Origin: Podarcis pityusensis
Lineage: Eukaryota
DNA: 64,000 bases
NCBI GenBank assembly: GCA_964106645.2
Contig: OZ067038.1
Reading direction: 5' to 3' (one strand)
Below the pieces are notes generated by a model. It was not told where the DNA came from and made no database searches. It saw only the letters and a list, made by a program, of their open reading frames with translations. Numbering within the stretch: the stretch's first letter is position 1; every line of letters begins with the position of its first letter. Shown here one piece after another: positions 62,401-64,000 of the stretch. A program made the position numbers and the translations under genes.

Positions 62401-63729
62401 TTTCCTGTAAGACCTATTACAGTCGTTAAGAGTCGTCAACAGGCTCATCTCAGCTATCTGCCAATCTCCGATTCCCACCACCCTTCTAAGTAATACCCCT
62501 CCCCACCTTCTCAATATATAGAAGGATCTGGCAACTTCTGTTTCAGTGTATCTGAAGAAGTGTGCATGCACACGAAAGCTTATACCAAGAACTAACTTAG
62601 TTGGTCTTTAAGGTGCTACAGGAAGGAATTTTTTTATTTCGACCATGGGGTAACACCATGAGCATCGTATTGTACATGGTGGTGAGGAGGAGGGAATATA
62701 GGCCTAGAATGAAAGAAGAACTGTCTCAGGTAAGATGAGGCCTGAAGCAGGAAATTGATGGTTCATATTAGTAACACAGTGGTTATCTCAAATCTTCAAA
62801 AAAAGAATGTGTATACAGTAGTACCTCTGGTTAAGAACTTAATTCGTTCCGGAGCTCTGTTCTTAACCTGAAACCGTTCTTAACCTGAGGTACCACTTTA
62901 GCTAATGGGGCCTCCCGCTGCCACTGCGCCCCCGGTGCATGATTTCTGTTCTCATCCTGAGGTAAAGTTCTTAACCTGAGGTACTACTTCCGGGTTTGCG
63001 GAGTCTGTAACCTGAAGCATTTGTAACCCAAAGCGTTTGTAACCCGAGGTACCACTGTATATGTAGATGTGTGCATAGCATATATTTAAAATGCTGTGAT
63101 CTTCAGGAAACAGAGTCCTGCGCCCTATCTAGTTCAGTTTCTTACCTGCTGGCCTCCAGTCTTAGGTGGGACCTTGGTGGTCATGCAGTCCAACCCATGG
63201 CTGAGTGTGGGATCTGCAATCCAGGAAACAACTACAGCATCCCTTCTATGTGCTCTGACTGCCAATCACATCTTTCCTCTTACACTCATGTGGCTTCCTG
63301 ACCTCCCCAAAAACAAATAACGCATAGGCAAGGTGTGTGTTTGTTTTTAATTTTTAAAAACTGGAATTAAAAAAAAATTGAAATGAGAACATTACATGAT
63401 ATATGTAGAAATATTGCACTGATTTTGATAAGTGGGTTTGGGTTTGTAATTGGTGCAAAGTTGTAGTGGGAGGAATTTTGCAGAATGCAAACAGTGAAGG
63501 CAATGTCACGCAGCTCCCCATTCACACCAGAAGGTACTCTTGGAGTTTCTGTTGCAACATCTATGCATATTACCCTTTCCCTTTAGGGAAAAGCTCCAGC
63601 GGTTGCTAAACCTCTCGTCTTACCGGACAGCGACGAGGAAGAGCTGCCCTGGTGCTGCATCTGCAACGAGGATGCTGTCCTACGCTGCCACGCCTGTGAT
63701 GACGACCTCTACTGCCAGCGATGCTTCCG
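44527..63729 (+). CDS. ZFYVE19: ZFYVE19/ANCHR abscission/NoCut checkpoint regulator, 3'-incomplete; join(44527..44583, 46081..46202, 47176..47229, 49309..49469, 50713..50858, 53297..53402, 57646..57852, 60019..60098, 61112..61219, 63587..63729)
   Basis: [34 protein letters not shown]...QKVCKQCH (FYVE); [16 protein letters not shown]; MIM1-like RLAAL helices; [32 protein letters not shown] (B-box); phases are consistent. Confidence 0.96.
45715..45950. mobile_element. Tigger-like MITE, same family as 14870-15308
   Basis: TA TSD; TIR CAGTGGTACCTCGCAAGA / TCTTGCGAGGCACCACTG. Confidence 0.85.
46081..46202 (+). CDS. ZFYVE19: ZFYVE19 coding exon 2 (FYVE)
   Basis: [40 protein letters not shown]. 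Confidence 0.95.
47176..47229 (+). CDS. ZFYVE19: ZFYVE19 coding exon 3
   Basis: [17 protein letters not shown]; donor GTGAGT. Confidence 0.93.
47260..48620 (-). mobile_element. Cluster of L2 LINE fragments
   Basis: Minus ORF 47993-48208 has [11 protein letters not shown]...[11 protein letters not shown] (RT); WNALP...F...KT.LF 3' ends at ~47450 and ~48430. Confidence 0.85.
49309..49469 (+). CDS. ZFYVE19: ZFYVE19 coding exon 4
   Basis: RVAALEAKQ...[24 protein letters not shown]. Confidence 0.94.
50713..50858 (+). CDS. ZFYVE19: ZFYVE19 coding exon 5
   Basis: [48 protein letters not shown]. Confidence 0.94.
50899..51147. mobile_element. Tigger-like MITE adjoining a (TC)n(TA)n microsatellite
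   Basis: CAGTGGTCCCTTAGTTT ... AAACCAAGGTACTACT ends at TA. Confidence 0.7.
51335..52351 (+). mobile_element. Sauria SINE interrupted by nested insertions
   Basis: GGGACGTGGGTGGCGCTGTGGTCTA head, GTAGATAAATAGGTACC body and ACCTTT tail; colinear with the intact copy at 57007. Confidence 0.88.
51487..52053. mobile_element. hAT (Blackjack-like) element nested in the Sauria SINE
   Basis: TIR CATAGCTGTCAA / TTGACAGCTATG; perfect 8-bp TSD GGTGAGCT; subterminal GTCCCTTATT repeats. Confidence 0.88.
53297..53402 (+). CDS. ZFYVE19: ZFYVE19 coding exon 6 (5' boundary uncertain: 53297 after AG, or 53288 after AC)
   Basis: (VHE)[35 protein letters not shown]. Confidence 0.82.
53649..54358. mobile_element. 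Tigger-like MITE hosting a nested insertion; uninterrupted inverted copy at 62816-63057
   Basis: TA TSD; TIR CAGTGGTACCT / AGGTACCACTG. Confidence 0.88.
53804..54269. mobile_element. Tc2/pogo-type mariner MITE, GC-rich, nested
   Basis: TIR CCGTATTTTTTCGCCCTATAGGACGCAC / GTGCGTCCTATGGGACGAAAAATACGG; TA TSD. Confidence 0.9.
54474..54715. mobile_element. Tigger-like MITE (relative at 57981-58221)
   Basis: TA TSD; TIR CAGTGGTACCTTGGTT / AACCAAGGTTCCACTG. Confidence 0.85.
57007..57390 (+). mobile_element. Full-length Sauria SINE
   Basis: Head GGGTGGCGCTGTGGTCTAAACCACTGAG; tail CCTTTACCTTTGCCTTT; imperfect TSD TACCGATTAGATG / TACTGATCAGATG. Confidence 0.9.
57646..57852 (+). CDS. ZFYVE19: ZFYVE19 coding exon 7
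   Basis: [11 protein letters not shown]...[43 protein letters not shown]. Confidence 0.94.
57981..58221. mobile_element. Tigger-like MITE
   Basis: TA TSD; TIR CAGTCAAA..TCGGTT / AACCGAGGTTTGACTG; body similar to the 54474 copy. Confidence 0.8.
59356..59735 (-). mobile_element. (AAT)n microsatellite tail plus L2 LINE 3' fragment
   Basis: Long (AAT)n run followed by L2-type sequence (minus strand R-AF-V-AP-LWN-LP motif region). Confidence 0.8.
60019..60098 (+). CDS. ZFYVE19: ZFYVE19 coding exon 8
   Basis: [27 protein letters not shown]. Confidence 0.94.
61112..61219 (+). CDS. ZFYVE19: ZFYVE19 coding exon 9
   Basis: [18 protein letters not shown]...KPEQ; donor GTAAGC. Confidence 0.93.
61246..61410. 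mobile_element. hAT MITE, inverted copy of the 10017-10180 family
   Basis: TIR CAGTGCTTTTT; TSD CCTATATT / CCTATATG. Confidence 0.82.
62154..62643 (+). mobile_element. Penelope-like retroelement 3' fragment (GIY-YIG endonuclease C-terminus + 3' UTR/pLTR)
   Basis: Frame 62155-62367 reads [27 protein letters not shown]...[23 protein letters not shown]; perfect 15-bp TSD CATGGGGTAACACCA (62139-62153, 62644-62658). Confidence 0.9.
62548..62585 (+). ncRNA. Minimal type I hammerhead ribozyme within the Penelope element
   Basis: GTAT-CTGAAGA-A-GTGTG(CATG)CACAC-GAAA-GC-TT-ATAC: stem I GTAT/ATAC, core CUGANGA and GAAA, stem II hairpin, palindromic AGCU stem III. Confidence 0.8.
62816..63057. mobile_element. 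Tigger-like MITE (empty-site counterpart of 53649-54358)
   Basis: TA TSD; TIR CAGTAGTACCTC / GAGGTACCACTG. Confidence 0.86.
63587..63729 (+). CDS. ZFYVE19: ZFYVE19 coding exon 10 (B-box)
   Basis: [47 protein letters not shown]; donor GTAATG. Confidence 0.93.
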
Positions 63730-64000
63730 GTAATGGCAAGAACCTCGGGGCGGAGGGTGGAAATCCCAGCATTCCATGCAGCTTGTGCAGCGTGATCGTG
63801 TGCTGCATGTTTTTTTAGAGTGTGCAGGAAGAACTGTGTGCCAAAAAGGCTGAAACAAAGCACCTGAGTTGCAAGGGCCCCACGGCAGAAAGTAGTTAGC
63901 ACCGAACGTGCAATCCCCATGACTTGGGCCTAAGGGGAGGGGACTGTCCCACTTCCTATATCCTGCTGCAACTTCCTGCTCTCCCTAAAACGGATGGAGG

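Overview
Vertebrate nuclear DNA, almost certainly from a squamate and probably a lacertid lizard (inferred from Sauria SINEs, BovB, CR1 and tRNA/CR1-tailed SINEs). The window is the conserved RMDN3-GCHFR-DNAJC17(C15orf62)-ZFYVE19 block. It holds the 5' end of RMDN3/PTPIP51 (minus, 2 coding exons), complete GCHFR (plus, 3 exons), complete DNAJC17 (minus, 11 exons, 309 aa), C15orf62 nested antisense in DNAJC17 intron 10, and ZFYVE19/ANCHR (plus, 10 coding exons, last exon beyond the window). DNAJC17 and ZFYVE19 share a CpG-island promoter. I assembled the exons by hand from splice signals and codon phase. Non-coding DNA is dense in hAT and Tc1/mariner MITEs, CR1, L2, BovB, SINEs and one Penelope element. 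Best second-look items: (1) a TSD-flanked Penelope insertion with a minimal, dimer-type hammerhead ribozyme in the sense direction of ZFYVE19; (2) a 19-aa C-terminal extension of GCHFR; (3) an AC instead of AG at an expected ZFYVE19 acceptor, with an in-frame AG 9 nt downstream; (4) BORG/CDC42EP-like septin-binding motifs in C15orf62; (5) a MITE family carrying the ZNF143/THAP11 promoter motif; (6) multi-level nested transposons. I cannot show a wholly new system from sequence alone. Gene and repeat names come from recall, not database searches.
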